NCBI GenBank assembly: GCA_964481345.1
Contig: CAYZTC010000001.1
Location: forward strand, 7,766 to 71,765
DNA from: an uncultured Candidatus Saccharibacteria bacterium
GTDB taxonomy: Bacteria > Patescibacteriota > Dojkabacteria > SC72 > JAFGCJ01
Direction: 5' to 3'
Length of the DNA stretch: 64,000 bases
Position numbers and translations under genes: made by a program. The notes under the pieces are model-generated. The model made no database searches. It saw nothing but the letters and a program-made list of their open reading frames with translations, and had not been told where the DNA came from. Below, one piece after another: positions 38,036 through 49,017 of this stretch. How positions within the stretch are numbered: position 1 is the first letter of the stretch; each line of letters begins with the position of its first letter.

Positions 38036-38670
38036 TTCATCCTTTTTGCAAAGTCAGATACTGCTTTTTCACTAATTAAAAGCTTTTGAGCCTTTATCAA
38101 CTCATATGAATTCACATTATTAACATCTGTAGCTTGGACCTTTTTAAGATTTCTTAAACCCCTCCTTATGCTTTCTCTATCTTTCAATTCATTTTCATAA
38201 ACAACGAGTATCTTGTTATCTAATATTCCAAGCTTTTCAAAGAGCTTTACCATATCCTTTGTTTTTACATTCTTACTTCCCTCTATCTCACTTATCACTA
38301 AAATATTTTCTTTTTCTGCTTTATCAGAAAGAAGACACTTTAATGCCAAGTCTCTCATCTTTTGAGGTACCTTCAGTATTCGTTTCTTTCCTGTCGGACC
38401 AAACGCTACTCCACCCCCAACCCAGATTGGTGATCTAATCGATCCATGCCTTGCCCTACCTGTACCCTTCTGTCTCCAAGGTTTCTTCCCACCGCCTCTT
38501 ACCTCACCCCTTGTCTTTGTTTTAGCTGAATGCTTCCTTTGATTATTAAGGTACACATGTATCACCTGCGCCACAACATCTTTTTTCATCGGCACTTTCC
38601 ATATAGAGTCTATAAGATCAACTTTCTTTTCTGATTTATTTCCACTTTTAGTATATGCGTTAACTTTCAT
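38032..38670 (-). CDS. rplD: 50S ribosomal protein L4
   Basis: …KPWRQKGTGRARHGSIRSPIWVGGGVAFGP…. Confidence 0.85.
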   Translation of the reverse strand: MKVNAYTKSGNKSEKKVDLIDSIWKVPMKKDVVAQVIHVYLNNQRKHSAKTKTRGEVRGGGKKPWRQKGTGRARHGSIRSPIWVGGGVAFGPTGKKRILKVPQKMRDLALKCLLSDKAEKENILVISEIEGSKNVKTKDMVKLFEKLGILDNKILVVYENELKDRESIRRGLRNLKKVQATDVNNVNSYELIKAQKLLISEKAVSDFAKRMK

Positions 38671-39266
38671 GTTTTTTTAGTAACTTCAATTTTTAATATT
38701 CCTTCATTATTTCCTGGAAGAGATCCTTTCACCAATATGTAATCCTCACCAACCTCCAAAACCTTCCTTTTAATTACCGTTGATGTCACCCCTCCCATTC
38801 TTCCTGGCATTTTTTTACCAGGTAAAACTCTACCGGGATCTGTACCTGCTCCTATTGAACCTGGAGCCCTTAGTCTATCTGATTGACCATGGGTTCTAGG
38901 TCCACCCTTGAATCCGTGCCTCTTTACTACACCAGCAAAACCTTTCGACTTTGTTGTACCAGTAATTTTTAAAAGATCTCCTTCACTCAACATATCAACT
39001 CCAAACTCACCACCAATATCTAAATCACCCTCTGTATATACATCCCAAAACCGCTTTGGTGCATATCCTACTTTTTTATACATTCCTTTCTCTGGTTTAT
39101 TCATTTTTTTCTTTTTACCTATCCCCATTCTTATAAGTATCCCTTTTTTCCCTTCATCTTTTTTAAAGATCTTATTCTTAGGCACTTCAATAACGGTAAC
39201 AGGTACCACCCTGTCTTCAACATATATTTGAGTCATTCCTTTTTTTATTCCAATTATTTTTTTCAT
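38667..39266 (-). CDS. rplC: 50S ribosomal protein L3
   Basis: MKKIIGIKKGMTQIY… …FKGGPRTHGQSDRLRAPGSIGAGTDPGRV…. Confidence 0.85.
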   Translation of the reverse strand: MKKIIGIKKGMTQIYVEDRVVPVTVIEVPKNKIFKKDEGKKGILIRMGIGKKKKMNKPEKGMYKKVGYAPKRFWDVYTEGDLDIGGEFGVDMLSEGDLLKITGTTKSKGFAGVVKRHGFKGGPRTHGQSDRLRAPGSIGAGTDPGRVLPGKKMPGRMGGVTSTVIKRKVLEVGEDYILVKGSLPGNNEGILKIEVTKKT

Positions 39267-39331
39267 TTAAGTAGCATAGTAGTTAACCCACCTATGGCGG
39301 GGGCTTTACCACAATGAAACTACAAGATAAA

Positions 39332-39643
39332 TTACATAATCTCGATTCCAACACCTGCAGGGACCTGCAAATGTTGTAAAGCATCAATTGTTTGAGCCGT
39401 AGGCTCAAGAATATCTATCAAACGTTTATGCGTTCTTATTTCAAAATGCTCCATCGACCTTTTGTATACATGAGGAGATCTATTTACTGCATAACGTTGA
39501 ATCCTGGTAGGTAACGGGATAGGACCAGACACTTTTGCTCCAGTTCGTACAGCCGTCTCTATAATACTCTTTGCAGAGCGATCGACAACCCTAGAATCAT
39601 ATCCCTTAAGCTTTACCCTAATTGTTGGTGTTTTCCCTACCAT
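39332..39643 (-). CDS. rpsJ: 30S ribosomal protein S10
   Basis: …[40 protein letters not shown]…. Confidence 0.85.
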   Translation of the reverse strand: MVGKTPTIRVKLKGYDSRVVDRSAKSIIETAVRTGAKVSGPIPLPTRIQRYAVNRSPHVYKRSMEHFEIRTHKRLIDILEPTAQTIDALQHLQVPAGVGIEIM

Positions 39644-39701
39644 TTCAATAAAGAGCCAAAAATTACATAAACTAAAAGGGGAGATCTCTCTCCCCCATTA
39701 T

Positions 39702-40874
39702 TTACTTGACTATATCGGTCACAACACCTGCTCCTACAGTCATTCCACCCTCTCTAAGTGCAAATCTCATTCCCTTTTCAACTACCACTGGAACAATAAG
39801 TTTGCAGTTGATCTCAACATCATCACCTGGCATTACCATTTCTGTTCCTTCAGGAAGTTTCACTTCACCAGTGACATCTGCCATCCTTACAAAGAACTGA
39901 GGTTTATATCCATCGATAAATGGTGTATGTCTTCCACCTTCTTCTTTCTTTAGTACATAAACCTGCGCCTTAAACTCCGTATGAGTCTTTACAGTACCTG
40001 GCTTCGCAACAATCTGCCCCCTTTCAACATCCTCTCTCTTAAGACCTCTAAGTAATAGGCCAACATTATCACCAGCCATACCTTCATCAAGAGTTTTATT
40101 GAACATCTCAACTCCAGTTATTGTTGATTTTGTATCTTTATTCAATCCAAGTATATCTACAGCATCCCCAACTTTTATCTTCCCTCTTTCAATTCTTCCT
40201 GTTGTTACTGTACCTCTCCCCTCAATTGAGAATACATCCTCAATTGGCATCAAAAGGTCTTTGTCCACCTCTCTTTTGGGCATTTTAATATACTCATCTA
40301 CAGCTTTCATAAGCTCTTTTACGGCCTCTACTCCTTCAGGCTTTCCATCCTCTGCGGCCTTTGCATCACCAACGATAATTGGACAATTCTCATCAAACTC
40401 ATACTTCTTCAAGATTTCTTTTATCTCAGTTTTTATAAGATCAATGATCTCATCATCAGCATCACCAAATTTGTTTATGAATACAACAATGTTTGGCACA
40501 CCAACCTGTTTTGCAAGAAGAACATGCTCCTTAGTCTGGGGCATTGGTCCATCAGCTGAGCTGACCACAAGAATTGCACCATCCATCTGTGCGGCACCTG
40601 TAATCATGTTTTTTACATAGTCCCTATGTCCTGGACAATCAACATGAGCATAGTGCCTATTGTCTGTAGAATACTCAACATGAGCTACAGCAATAGTAAG
40701 ACTCTTTGACCTTGATTCTGGTGACTTATCAAGCTTTTCTATCCACTTTTTTGCTTCATCACTTGAGTAAAGCTTCAAAATCCCCCTTACTAACGTGGTT
40801 TTACCATGATCAACATGACCAATAGTACCAATATTTAAGTGAGGCTTTGATCTCTCGAATTTTGTCTCTGCCAT
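39702..40874 (-). CDS. tuf: Elongation factor Tu
   Basis: [18 protein letters not shown] and NKFD G-motifs; 390 aa. Confidence 0.9.
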   Translation of the reverse strand: MAETKFERSKPHLNIGTIGHVDHGKTTLVRGILKLYSSDEAKKWIEKLDKSPESRSKSLTIAVAHVEYSTDNRHYAHVDCPGHRDYVKNMITGAAQMDGAILVVSSADGPMPQTKEHVLLAKQVGVPNIVVFINKFGDADDEIIDLIKTEIKEILKKYEFDENCPIIVGDAKAAEDGKPEGVEAVKELMKAVDEYIKMPKREVDKDLLMPIEDVFSIEGRGTVTTGRIERGKIKVGDAVDILGLNKDTKSTITGVEMFNKTLDEGMAGDNVGLLLRGLKREDVERGQIVAKPGTVKTHTEFKAQVYVLKKEEGGRHTPFIDGYKPQFFVRMADVTGEVKLPEGTEMVMPGDDVEINCKLIVPVVVEKGMRFALREGGMTVGAGVVTDIVK

Positions 40875-40954
40875 TTTATTAAGATTTATAAATTATTATT
40901 TTGATTTATATTTACTGTAAATCAATATTTTGTTATTTATTTGCAACGTTGCGT

Positions 40955-40983
40955 ATAATACCAAAAATAACTTTGCCTTTCAA
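40955..40983 (-). promoter_or_regulatory. Putative sigma70-type promoter for tuf (-35 TTGAAA, 17-nt spacer, -10 TATTAT)
   Basis: The minus strand reads TTGAAAggcaaagttatttttggTATTAT about 80 nt upstream of the tuf ATG; the -35 lies in the loop of the fusA terminator hairpin. Confidence 0.4.
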
Positions 40984-41006
40984 GAAAGCCCTTAGGCCAA
41001 AGTTAT
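40961..41006 (-). terminator. Rho-independent terminator/attenuator downstream of fusA
   Basis: Minus-strand hairpin ATAACTTTGGCC…GGCAAAGTTAT (11-bp stem with one bulge, 17-nt loop) followed by TTTTTGG. Confidence 0.5.
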
Positions 41007-41018
41007 CAGATATCGATT

Positions 41019-43124
41019 TTACTCCTCTGACTTAGCCGCCATTTCCTTCATAATATTACGAGGAACTTTATCATAATGAGAAAATTCGATATTTGGCACC
41101 CCTCTTCCAGAGGTCATAGACCTTAACTGATTGGTAAAACCAAAAAGTTGTGCGAGAGGAACTTTTGCCTTAATAACCTGTAAATTCCCTCGAACCTCTG
41201 TACCTTCAATTCTTCCTCTTTTGCTGCTTAAATGTCCAGTAACATCACCCATATGCTCTTCTGGTAACACTACCTCAACATCCATTATTGGTTCGAGTAT
41301 TACTGGGCTCGCCTTTTTTGCTCCAGCCCTAAATGCTTGAGCACCTGCTATCTTAAATGCGGCTTCTGATGAGTCAACTTCATGAAATGACCCATCGTAG
41401 ACGGCAACCTTTACATCTACTACTGGATATCCAGCAATAACTCCTGATAACAAAGCCTCCTCTACTCCTTTTCTTACTGCAACAATATATTCCTTTGGAA
41501 TAGAACCACCCCTAACTTCATCTACAAACTCAAAACCCTCTCCAGTCTTGTTTGGCTCAATCCTAATCCAACAATGACCATACTGGCCCCTACCACCAGA
41601 CTGGTGAATATACTTTCCTTCTTGCTCAACAGTTTTTTGTACTGTCTCTTTATATGCTACCTGTGGCTTTCCAACACCAGCCTCAACATTAAATTCTCGT
41701 TTCATCCTATCAACAATAATTTCCAGATGAAGCTCACCCATTCCAGAAATAATTGTCTGTCCAGTTTCATTATTTACAGAAACCTTAAAAGTAGGATCCT
41801 CTCCTGTAAGTCTTTTTAATGCAATACCCATCTTTTCCTGGTCAGCTGAAGATTTTGGCTCAACCGCAACATTAACAACTGGATCAGGGAAATCAATCTT
41901 TTCAAGAAGAACTGGATGCTTTGGATCACAAAGGGTATCACCAGTCGTAGAATTCTTCAGTCCAACAACTGCTGCTATATCACCAGTTCGAACGCCTCCA
42001 ACCTCTTCTCTGTCATTTGCATGCATAAGCACCAATCGTCCAACTCTTTCTTTTGTCCCTCTTCCAGCGTTTAAAACATAGGTTCCAGCATCTAATTGCC
42101 CAGAATAAACTCTTACATAGGCAAGACTTCCAATATGTGGGTCACTAGCAATTTTAAACACGAGTCCAGTAAAAGGCTGGTCATCTGAACATTTTATCTT
42201 TACCTTTTTTTCAGGATTATTGATCTCCATTCCTTCTATTTCAATGATATCATTTGGAGCTGGAAGCAGTCTTACTACTAAATCCAAAAGTTTAGGAACA
42301 ACATTACCCTTTCTTGAATCACCACCAGAGACCGGAAAAAACTGACCACTTAAAACAGCCTTTCTTAAAACTTTCCAGATTTCTTCATTACTAAGATCTT
42401 CACCATCGAGATACCTTTCCATAAAAGCATCATCGTACTCAGCAATCCCTTCGATAATTTCTGTTCTTAGCTTGTCAACCTTTTCTTTATATTCATCTGG
42501 AATCTCAATTTCCTCAAGAGTCTCAACCTCTGAATTAGGATCATATTTATAGGCTTTCTTTGTAACAATATTTATTATTCCATTAATTCCCTTTTCAAAA
42601 CCCATTGGAAGATGGACAACATATGCATTTTTACTTAGTCTTTCCCTAATTGAGTCCAAGGACATCTGGAAGTCGCCACCCACAAGGTTCAGTTTATTTA
42701 TAAAGCAAATCCTTGGTACATTATATTTATCAGCCTGTCTCCATACTGTCTCTGATTGAGGCTCTACCCCCATTTTCCCATCAAAAATCACAACTGCACC
42801 ATCAAGTACTCTTAAAGACCTTTCAACCTCAGCCGTGAAATCTACATGACCAGGAGTATCGATAATATTTATTCTATGCTTAACATTATCTACTGTCCAA
42901 AAACAAGTTGTTGCTGCAGACTGAATTGTAATACCTCTTTCTTGTTCAAGTTCCATCCAATCCATCTGGGTATTCCCATCATCTATCTTTCCAAGCTTAT
43001 GAATTTTCCCAGTAAAATACAGGACAGATTCAGTCGTAGTGGTTTTTCCTGCATCGATATGTGCAATAATTCCAATATTTCGGATTTTATCCAGATCAAA
43101 TTTTACGTTTTCCCCTTTTGCCAT
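41019..43124 (-). CDS. fusA: Elongation factor G
   Basis: AHIDAGKTTTTE, DTPGHVDF and NKLN G-motifs plus domains II-V; 701 aa. Confidence 0.9.
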   Translation of the reverse strand: MAKGENVKFDLDKIRNIGIIAHIDAGKTTTTESVLYFTGKIHKLGKIDDGNTQMDWMELEQERGITIQSAATTCFWTVDNVKHRINIIDTPGHVDFTAEVERSLRVLDGAVVIFDGKMGVEPQSETVWRQADKYNVPRICFINKLNLVGGDFQMSLDSIRERLSKNAYVVHLPMGFEKGINGIINIVTKKAYKYDPNSEVETLEEIEIPDEYKEKVDKLRTEIIEGIAEYDDAFMERYLDGEDLSNEEIWKVLRKAVLSGQFFPVSGGDSRKGNVVPKLLDLVVRLLPAPNDIIEIEGMEINNPEKKVKIKCSDDQPFTGLVFKIASDPHIGSLAYVRVYSGQLDAGTYVLNAGRGTKERVGRLVLMHANDREEVGGVRTGDIAAVVGLKNSTTGDTLCDPKHPVLLEKIDFPDPVVNVAVEPKSSADQEKMGIALKRLTGEDPTFKVSVNNETGQTIISGMGELHLEIIVDRMKREFNVEAGVGKPQVAYKETVQKTVEQEGKYIHQSGGRGQYGHCWIRIEPNKTGEGFEFVDEVRGGSIPKEYIVAVRKGVEEALLSGVIAGYPVVDVKVAVYDGSFHEVDSSEAAFKIAGAQAFRAGAKKASPVILEPIMDVEVVLPEEHMGDVTGHLSSKRGRIEGTEVRGNLQVIKAKVPLAQLFGFTNQLRSMTSGRGVPNIEFSHYDKVPRNIMKEMAAKSEE

Positions 43125-43170
43125 AGCTATAGACTAAGTAAAATGAAACTCGAGGATTATATACAAACTT

Positions 43171-44634
43171 TTATATCCTGTCCAACGTCTTTGTTGCTTC
43201 TGCAGAAACCTTACCCTCAAGGTCTAACTCCACAGTTCTTTCAAGTTCTACTAATGCCTCACTATCCATACCTGTCTGATAAAGGATTCTACCATAAAGA
43301 AGGTGATATTTCGCTTCTTTTTCATCTAATTCGACTGCATGCTGAACAAATTCTTCAGCCTTATCCCATTCTCCATTACCATAACTCACTCCTGCATTTA
43401 GATAGTAATACTCAGGCTTTAAATCGTCATCCAGCCAGTCAACATCTATTTGTTCAATCTTGTTTTGAAGTTGAGAGTACAACTCTCGGTCAAGCAATGA
43501 GCTACACCATACTAGCTGCAAGTAATCACTATCGATATCATCACTTAATAAAAGAATAATCTCCTGCTCTTCTGCTCTTGCATATTGCTCCTTAGATAAA
43601 AGAACATCAAAATACTCGTGCCTAATATTAGTCTCATCATCTGAGAGGTTTATGGCCTTTTCATAATATTTGATCATTTCACTTTCATCGTCACGTCCCA
43701 TATGAGCTCTTGCTAGAAGTAACACTCCGATAGGATCATCACTATCTAAAACATATGCATTTTGCAGATATTCCACAGCATTTTCATAATCTCCCTTCAT
43801 CAAGTACGCATGCCCAAGATATAGATTAAGCTCCCAATATAATTCATACTCAGACAAGTAATCAGATAAAATCCCTATTACTAAATCAGGATACTCTGAA
43901 AAAAGTGCGGCTCTGGATACCATTACTGAGACATATACATCTGTCTTATACTCATCATCAAGATTGTCGATATCCCCAAGTACATCTTTAAAAAAGTCTA
44001 CCTCATCTGCAACATCATCACCTACATCACTTAAATCCAAGTCATCAATTATATCTTCTGCTTCCTCAACATCATCACCAAGTAGCATTGCATCTAAAAG
44101 TTTTGCTCTCACATACAGATTATAATCATCATCAGAAATATCTAATTTCCTACTGGACTTTTCAAAATCTCCAGCCCCAACATAGGCCTGTGCTAGCTGA
44201 AAACTTGCAAGATCATTATCTTTATCTTTTTTTACTGCACTTTCTAGAAAGTATATTGCCCTACTATAATTACCATCATTCAAATATATCTCCCCTAACA
44301 TCCCATACATTTCACTTGACTGTCTTGATTTATTAACTCCAACTTGAAGTATCTCTACAGCACTATCTTCTCTATTCTTTAATAGATAAACTTCTGCAAG
44401 CCCAGAATATATTTCGTAGTTACCTCCATCAATTTCCTCAGCCTCCTGATACTTTTCTACTGCAAGAAAATAGTACTGATCCTCAACATATTCCTTTGCC
44501 TCCCCAACCAACTCACCAGCTCTTGCAATATTTTCCTGGGATGGAACATAAATAAAAAAATAATAAATTACTCCCAAAGGAATCAATACACCAATTGCAA
44601 TAAGGAGATACTTTATCAGTTTCTTTTTATTCAT
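43171..44634 (-). CDS. TPR-repeat protein with N-terminal TM anchor
   Basis: 487 aa with N-terminal TM (LLIAIGVLIPLGVIYYFFIYV) and repeated 34-aa TPR-like units (…YFLAVEKYQEAEEID…AEVYLLKNR…). Confidence 0.55.
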   Translation of the reverse strand: MNKKKLIKYLLIAIGVLIPLGVIYYFFIYVPSQENIARAGELVGEAKEYVEDQYYFLAVEKYQEAEEIDGGNYEIYSGLAEVYLLKNREDSAVEILQVGVNKSRQSSEMYGMLGEIYLNDGNYSRAIYFLESAVKKDKDNDLASFQLAQAYVGAGDFEKSSRKLDISDDDYNLYVRAKLLDAMLLGDDVEEAEDIIDDLDLSDVGDDVADEVDFFKDVLGDIDNLDDEYKTDVYVSVMVSRAALFSEYPDLVIGILSDYLSEYELYWELNLYLGHAYLMKGDYENAVEYLQNAYVLDSDDPIGVLLLARAHMGRDDESEMIKYYEKAINLSDDETNIRHEYFDVLLSKEQYARAEEQEIILLLSDDIDSDYLQLVWCSSLLDRELYSQLQNKIEQIDVDWLDDDLKPEYYYLNAGVSYGNGEWDKAEEFVQHAVELDEKEAKYHLLYGRILYQTGMDSEALVELERTVELDLEGKVSAEATKTLDRI

Positions 44635-44783
44635 CTGAATGCAGATTAAATGGAGCTAACTTATATAATTAAAGATAAACATCTCAATGTCAAATGTCCA
44701 AAATCACCCAGGTTGATTTCAGAACCTACACTATCTATACTTGACTAGTCCATAATTGGACTTTAATTAAATCTGCTTAGAGG

Positions 44784-45719
44784 ATGTCGTCTGAGTCAAA
44801 AGGAATGATTGTAAGAAGGTTTGTTACTTTCCTTTCCGCATTCATAATAACCTCATTATTTGCGGGTAAACTTACTGATTACACTTTAGCTGAGGATCCA
44901 GAACTTGAGACAGAAGTATTAGGAGTAAGTACTGAAGATAATGTAATAGAAGTCCTTCCAACAAAACCAAGAATACTATCGATTTTTAAACCTAAAACTG
45001 TAGAGATATACCATATGGGCACAATATATAGAGGTGTAACATACTCCAGAACAGTGGAAGAAGCCATAGAAGACCTAGGGGTTGAAATAATAGAAAACTC
45101 ACTCATTACACCGGATAAGGACTACATTCTAGGGCTTTTTACATCAGTCAGAATAGATGAAATCGAAAGGGTAAAACATGTCGAATATGAGTACATAGCA
45201 TACGACACTATTGAGCAAGAAGATGATACTACTGAATGGGGAAAGGAAAGCATAGTCCAACCTGGAATAACCGGTCAAAGAAAACTAACGTTTGAATACC
45301 TCTATATAAACAATGTATACAAAGGAAAAATACTAGTATCAGAGGAGATAGTTGTAGAGCCGCAGGAAGAGATAGTTGCGATTGGTACAAAGAAGGTATT
45401 TAAAGAAATTACAATAAATGGTGATACATTCTCATACTGGATAACTATGAACGTATATGCAACCTCATATGATAGCTCCTGTCCCGGATGTTCAACTAGA
45501 ACTGCAACAGGCATGACACTAGACAAGGGCATTATTGCTGTCGACCCAACAGTAATTCCACTTCACACTAAAATGTATGTACCTGGATACGGCTTTGGTG
45601 CTGCTGAGGATACAGGAGGAGCAATTAAAGGATACAAAATTGACTTAGGATTTGATGACCTTAAGGAACATCAGGGTGAATGGAGTGCAAGATATGTCGA
45701 TATCTACCTTCTAGACTGA
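44784..45719 (+). CDS. G5 + 3D domain cell-wall protein (YabE/YuiC/Rpf-like)
   Basis: N-terminal signal/TM, a G5-like segment (…VQPGITGQRKLTFEYLYINNVYKGKILVSEEIVVEPQEEIVAIGTKK) and a C-terminal 3D domain (…ATSYDSSCPGCSTRTATGMTL…GIIAVDPTVIPLHTKMYVPGYGFGAAEDTGGAIKGYKIDL). Confidence 0.6.
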   Translation: MSSESKGMIVRRFVTFLSAFIITSLFAGKLTDYTLAEDPELETEVLGVSTEDNVIEVLPTKPRILSIFKPKTVEIYHMGTIYRGVTYSRTVEEAIEDLGVEIIENSLITPDKDYILGLFTSVRIDEIERVKHVEYEYIAYDTIEQEDDTTEWGKESIVQPGITGQRKLTFEYLYINNVYKGKILVSEEIVVEPQEEIVAIGTKKVFKEITINGDTFSYWITMNVYATSYDSSCPGCSTRTATGMTLDKGIIAVDPTVIPLHTKMYVPGYGFGAAEDTGGAIKGYKIDLGFDDLKEHQGEWSARYVDIYLLD

Positions 45720-47753
45720 AGAGTTATCCCAAGAATAAAAATCTACTAGATCAGGTGGTATCTCAGATATAAATCTGGACGGAATCCTCTCTCCAAAACC
45801 TCCATATGTACTCCTGTTTTCAGCATAGGAAAGAAATAGTCTCTTTTTTGCCCTAGTTATTCCCACATAACAAAGTCTTCTTTCTTCCTCCAGCTCAGAT
45901 GGACTGGTGAATGAACGCACATGTGGAAACAGACCTTCCTCCATCCCAACAACAAATACATCGTTATACTCTAGACCTTTTGCAGAATGAAGAGTCATTA
46001 GTGTAACCATTTCATCATCTATCTGGTCATCATCATACTTACTATCCTGCTCAACAAGTGCTACATCAGAAAGAAATTCCAAAAGCGAATCCTTAGGACC
46101 AAGCTTGGAATATTTATCAGCTACAACCTTTAGCTCATATATATTTTCTTTTCTGGACTCTGCTTGTTCTGTACCGTCATCTATCCACTTTTCATATTTA
46201 GTCATATCCAATATTTCGTCTATTAGCAACCTTGCATTTATTGATTTTGAAATATCATAAAGATTGCCAAATAAGTTGATAACCTTTTCATATTTTGAAT
46301 AAATATTTAGATTTTTTCCCTTTTCCAATTCATCCTTAAACCCTTTTGCAATCTTTTCACTTGGAATAAACTTTTCAATATTCTTTACATTATTTTTCCC
46401 CGCCCAAAGAAGTAAAAGAGCTACCCCAAGTTTGTACTTGCCACCACAAAACTCTTTTGCAAACCTTTTCAGTTCTTCAAGAGACTTTTCCCCAATCTTT
46501 CTCGATGGTACATTCAATATCCTAACTAGCGACGTCATGTCTTGAGGATTTGCAAGAAATCTAAGATATGCAAGTAAGTCTTTGATCTCTCTTCTTTCGT
46601 AGAATCTCACTCCTCCCACCAATCTATATGGAATGGTATTTCTAATCAAAATTTCCTCAATAATTCGCGACTGTGCATTTGTCCGATAAAGGATAACAAT
46701 ATCATTTAGTTTATTCCCTTCATTTCGTATTTCTTTAATTCTATCAATAACAAACTCCACCTCATCTTTTCCACTTTTAGCCTGATACAGTACAACCTTT
46801 TCACCCTCCCTCGCATCTGTCCACAGGTCCTTATCAGCTCTTTCTGTATTTTGAATAATTACTGAATGTGCCGCATGAAGGATATTCCTTGAGGAGCGGT
46901 AGTTCTTTTCAAGCTTAATAACTTTCGCACCTGGAAAATCTTTTTCAAAACTTAATATATTTTTTATGGTTGCACCTCTCCATGAATAAATTCCCTGATC
47001 ATCATCCCCAACAACACATATATTCTTATGTTTGTTTACAATATTTTTTATCAGCTGATACTGAATCAAATTTGTATCCTGATACTCATCAACCAAAACA
47101 TATTTATACTGAGTGTGATACTTTTTTCTAATATCTGGATTTTCCTCAAGTATCTGTAAAGGAAGAATCTGTAGATCATCAAAGTCAGCCGCATTCTGAG
47201 ATCTTAACCTTTTCTCATACTCAGAATATACATCTGAAACGACCTCTTCCAATTGCCCCCTTACAAAACTCGGATATTCTTTAGGAGAAATCCTCTCATT
47301 TTTTGCTGAGCTTATAAGACTTGCTATCACAGTAGGATTGAACTGCTTCCTGTCAATGTTTTTATCATCCATGATCTGCTTAATCAAATGAAGAACATCG
47401 TCAGGATCATATATTGAAAAACCATAGGGCAAACCTATTATTCTTCCCTCTTTTCTTAATAGTTGCGCACCAAAAGAATGGAAAGTTCCAATAAATGGCA
47501 GCCTCCCAGTCCACTTGCCCTTTAAGTTTTCCTTCATAAGCTGTCTTACCCTTGACTTCATTTCCCCTGCAGCCTTTCTGGTAAATGTCACTGCAAGAAT
47601 ATTTTCTGGTTCAACCACCTTATCCAAAATCAACCTTGCGATTCTATAGGTAATCACCCTTGTTTTACCGGAGCCTGCACCAGCAAAAATTAAAAGAGGC
47701 CCACTATCATGTAACACAGCTTCCTTTTGCTGCTGGTTTAAAGATTCAATCAT
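45711..47753 (-). CDS. pcrA: ATP-dependent DNA helicase UvrD/PcrA family
   Basis: SF1 helicase motifs: AGAGSGKTRV (Walker A), DEYQDTN, and C-terminal …VTLMTLHSAKGLEYNDVFV… …YVGITRAKKRL. Confidence 0.85.
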   Translation of the reverse strand: MIESLNQQQKEAVLHDSGPLLIFAGAGSGKTRVITYRIARLILDKVVEPENILAVTFTRKAAGEMKSRVRQLMKENLKGKWTGRLPFIGTFHSFGAQLLRKEGRIIGLPYGFSIYDPDDVLHLIKQIMDDKNIDRKQFNPTVIASLISSAKNERISPKEYPSFVRGQLEEVVSDVYSEYEKRLRSQNAADFDDLQILPLQILEENPDIRKKYHTQYKYVLVDEYQDTNLIQYQLIKNIVNKHKNICVVGDDDQGIYSWRGATIKNILSFEKDFPGAKVIKLEKNYRSSRNILHAAHSVIIQNTERADKDLWTDAREGEKVVLYQAKSGKDEVEFVIDRIKEIRNEGNKLNDIVILYRTNAQSRIIEEILIRNTIPYRLVGGVRFYERREIKDLLAYLRFLANPQDMTSLVRILNVPSRKIGEKSLEELKRFAKEFCGGKYKLGVALLLLWAGKNNVKNIEKFIPSEKIAKGFKDELEKGKNLNIYSKYEKVINLFGNLYDISKSINARLLIDEILDMTKYEKWIDDGTEQAESRKENIYELKVVADKYSKLGPKDSLLEFLSDVALVEQDSKYDDDQIDDEMVTLMTLHSAKGLEYNDVFVVGMEEGLFPHVRSFTSPSELEEERRLCYVGITRAKKRLFLSYAENRSTYGGFGERIPSRFISEIPPDLVDFYSWDNSSV

Positions 47754-47760
47754 GAAATGA

Positions 47761-48975
47761 TTATAGCTTTTTTACATATTCACAAAATACCCATCCCTCA
47801 TTTACCCCATCGTACACAATATTGCACCATCCAACCTTTTCTTCTTTAAGTATAGTCGCATATCCAACATCCACAGCACTAATCTGATCACAACTTGGAT
47901 GTCCACACTCTCTTACAGTCAAAACACCTGTACCTGTCTCTCTAATTTCAACAAGCTGATAGCCACCCTCAGATACACTTATGCTTATACTTAAGGCTGT
48001 ATCAACAATCCAGCTTGCAGGTAGTCTTATTAGCTCATATTGCTCAGTGTATGTGTCTGGAAGTATTGGTGCTCTACCGGAAAACTCAAATGTAGCTACC
48101 TCCCCTGGCATCACAATCTCCTCAGTAGGTGTAACAATTCTTGAAAAGCTTGACCATTCATCTGGAAAATAAATAACACTTGCATGCCCTCGAGGATCAG
48201 AAGTTGCAAGATATGTAGCTCTACTTCCACTGTTATACCATGGAAAATCACCTGTATTTTCTGCAGTCACTACCACACTAAAAGTTTCCCATGATTTCGC
48301 ACTGCCTTCATAAGTAACTTCGATAATTTCACCAGACAAATCGAGACCTAGGCCATCACCAGTCTTATATTCCTTCTTAAAATTGCTTACCCAGTTTACA
48401 AGGTATCCATCAGCAGCAGTAGTAATATTTATTACAGATGGCTGACTCTCCTGAGAAATACTAAATGATAGATCACCAATAAAGATATCTTGCATCTCGA
48501 TTGAAAAGGTTGTCGCGGCTTTACTGACAATATCTGTCAAAGTGTCATCCCCTTGGTTTGTAAGTCCTCTTTCATTATCAAAATATGCTATTAAAAGAGG
48601 ATTGCTGTAGTCTTTTTCAACATCAAACGTTGCAAGTGGGTTTACTTCATACTCACCTCCCCTGCCTTCATAAACATCACCTTGCCAGGAAACTACATAG
48701 TGAAATGGCACATCCAAAAAGTTTAAATGTGTAATCATATAATAGTACAATCCCTTCATCCATTCATCTCCATCACTAAAGCTGATTGACTCCCCACTTT
48801 CTATCCTTACAATACAAATTGAATCTATATAACCATAAGTATTTTGACTTTGATCAGAAAGCCCCTCATCGAAATTAAGATCATCCCTTGTTACTATCTC
48901 CTGGGCAAAAACAGGAGATGTGAGGAAAAATACTGAAAATAAGATTAGTAATACAAAAAACAATAATTTCTTCAT
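47761..48975 (-). CDS. Secreted protein, possible PGRP/amidase_2-like domain with C-terminal SH3b-like domain
   Basis: Signal peptide; …HYVVSWQGDVYEGRGGEYEVNP… weakly resembles amidase_2; the C-terminal …GWCNIVYDGVNEGWVFCEYV is SH3b-like. Confidence 0.3.
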   Translation of the reverse strand: MKKLLFFVLLILFSVFFLTSPVFAQEIVTRDDLNFDEGLSDQSQNTYGYIDSICIVRIESGESISFSDGDEWMKGLYYYMITHLNFLDVPFHYVVSWQGDVYEGRGGEYEVNPLATFDVEKDYSNPLLIAYFDNERGLTNQGDDTLTDIVSKAATTFSIEMQDIFIGDLSFSISQESQPSVINITTAADGYLVNWVSNFKKEYKTGDGLGLDLSGEIIEVTYEGSAKSWETFSVVVTAENTGDFPWYNSGSRATYLATSDPRGHASVIYFPDEWSSFSRIVTPTEEIVMPGEVATFEFSGRAPILPDTYTEQYELIRLPASWIVDTALSISISVSEGGYQLVEIRETGTGVLTVRECGHPSCDQISAVDVGYATILKEEKVGWCNIVYDGVNEGWVFCEYVKKL

Positions 48976-49017
48976 GTTGTTAAGTATACAAAAAACAAGT
49001 AGTAAATTGAAATGTAT

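Noticed and set aside
23400-44000. Numerous + strand ORFs across the ribosomal protein cluster (e.g. 26877..27086, 33593..33961, 42846..43559)
   Set aside because: All are antisense to well-supported r-protein/EF genes and have low-complexity F/L/S-rich translations typical of shadow ORFs.
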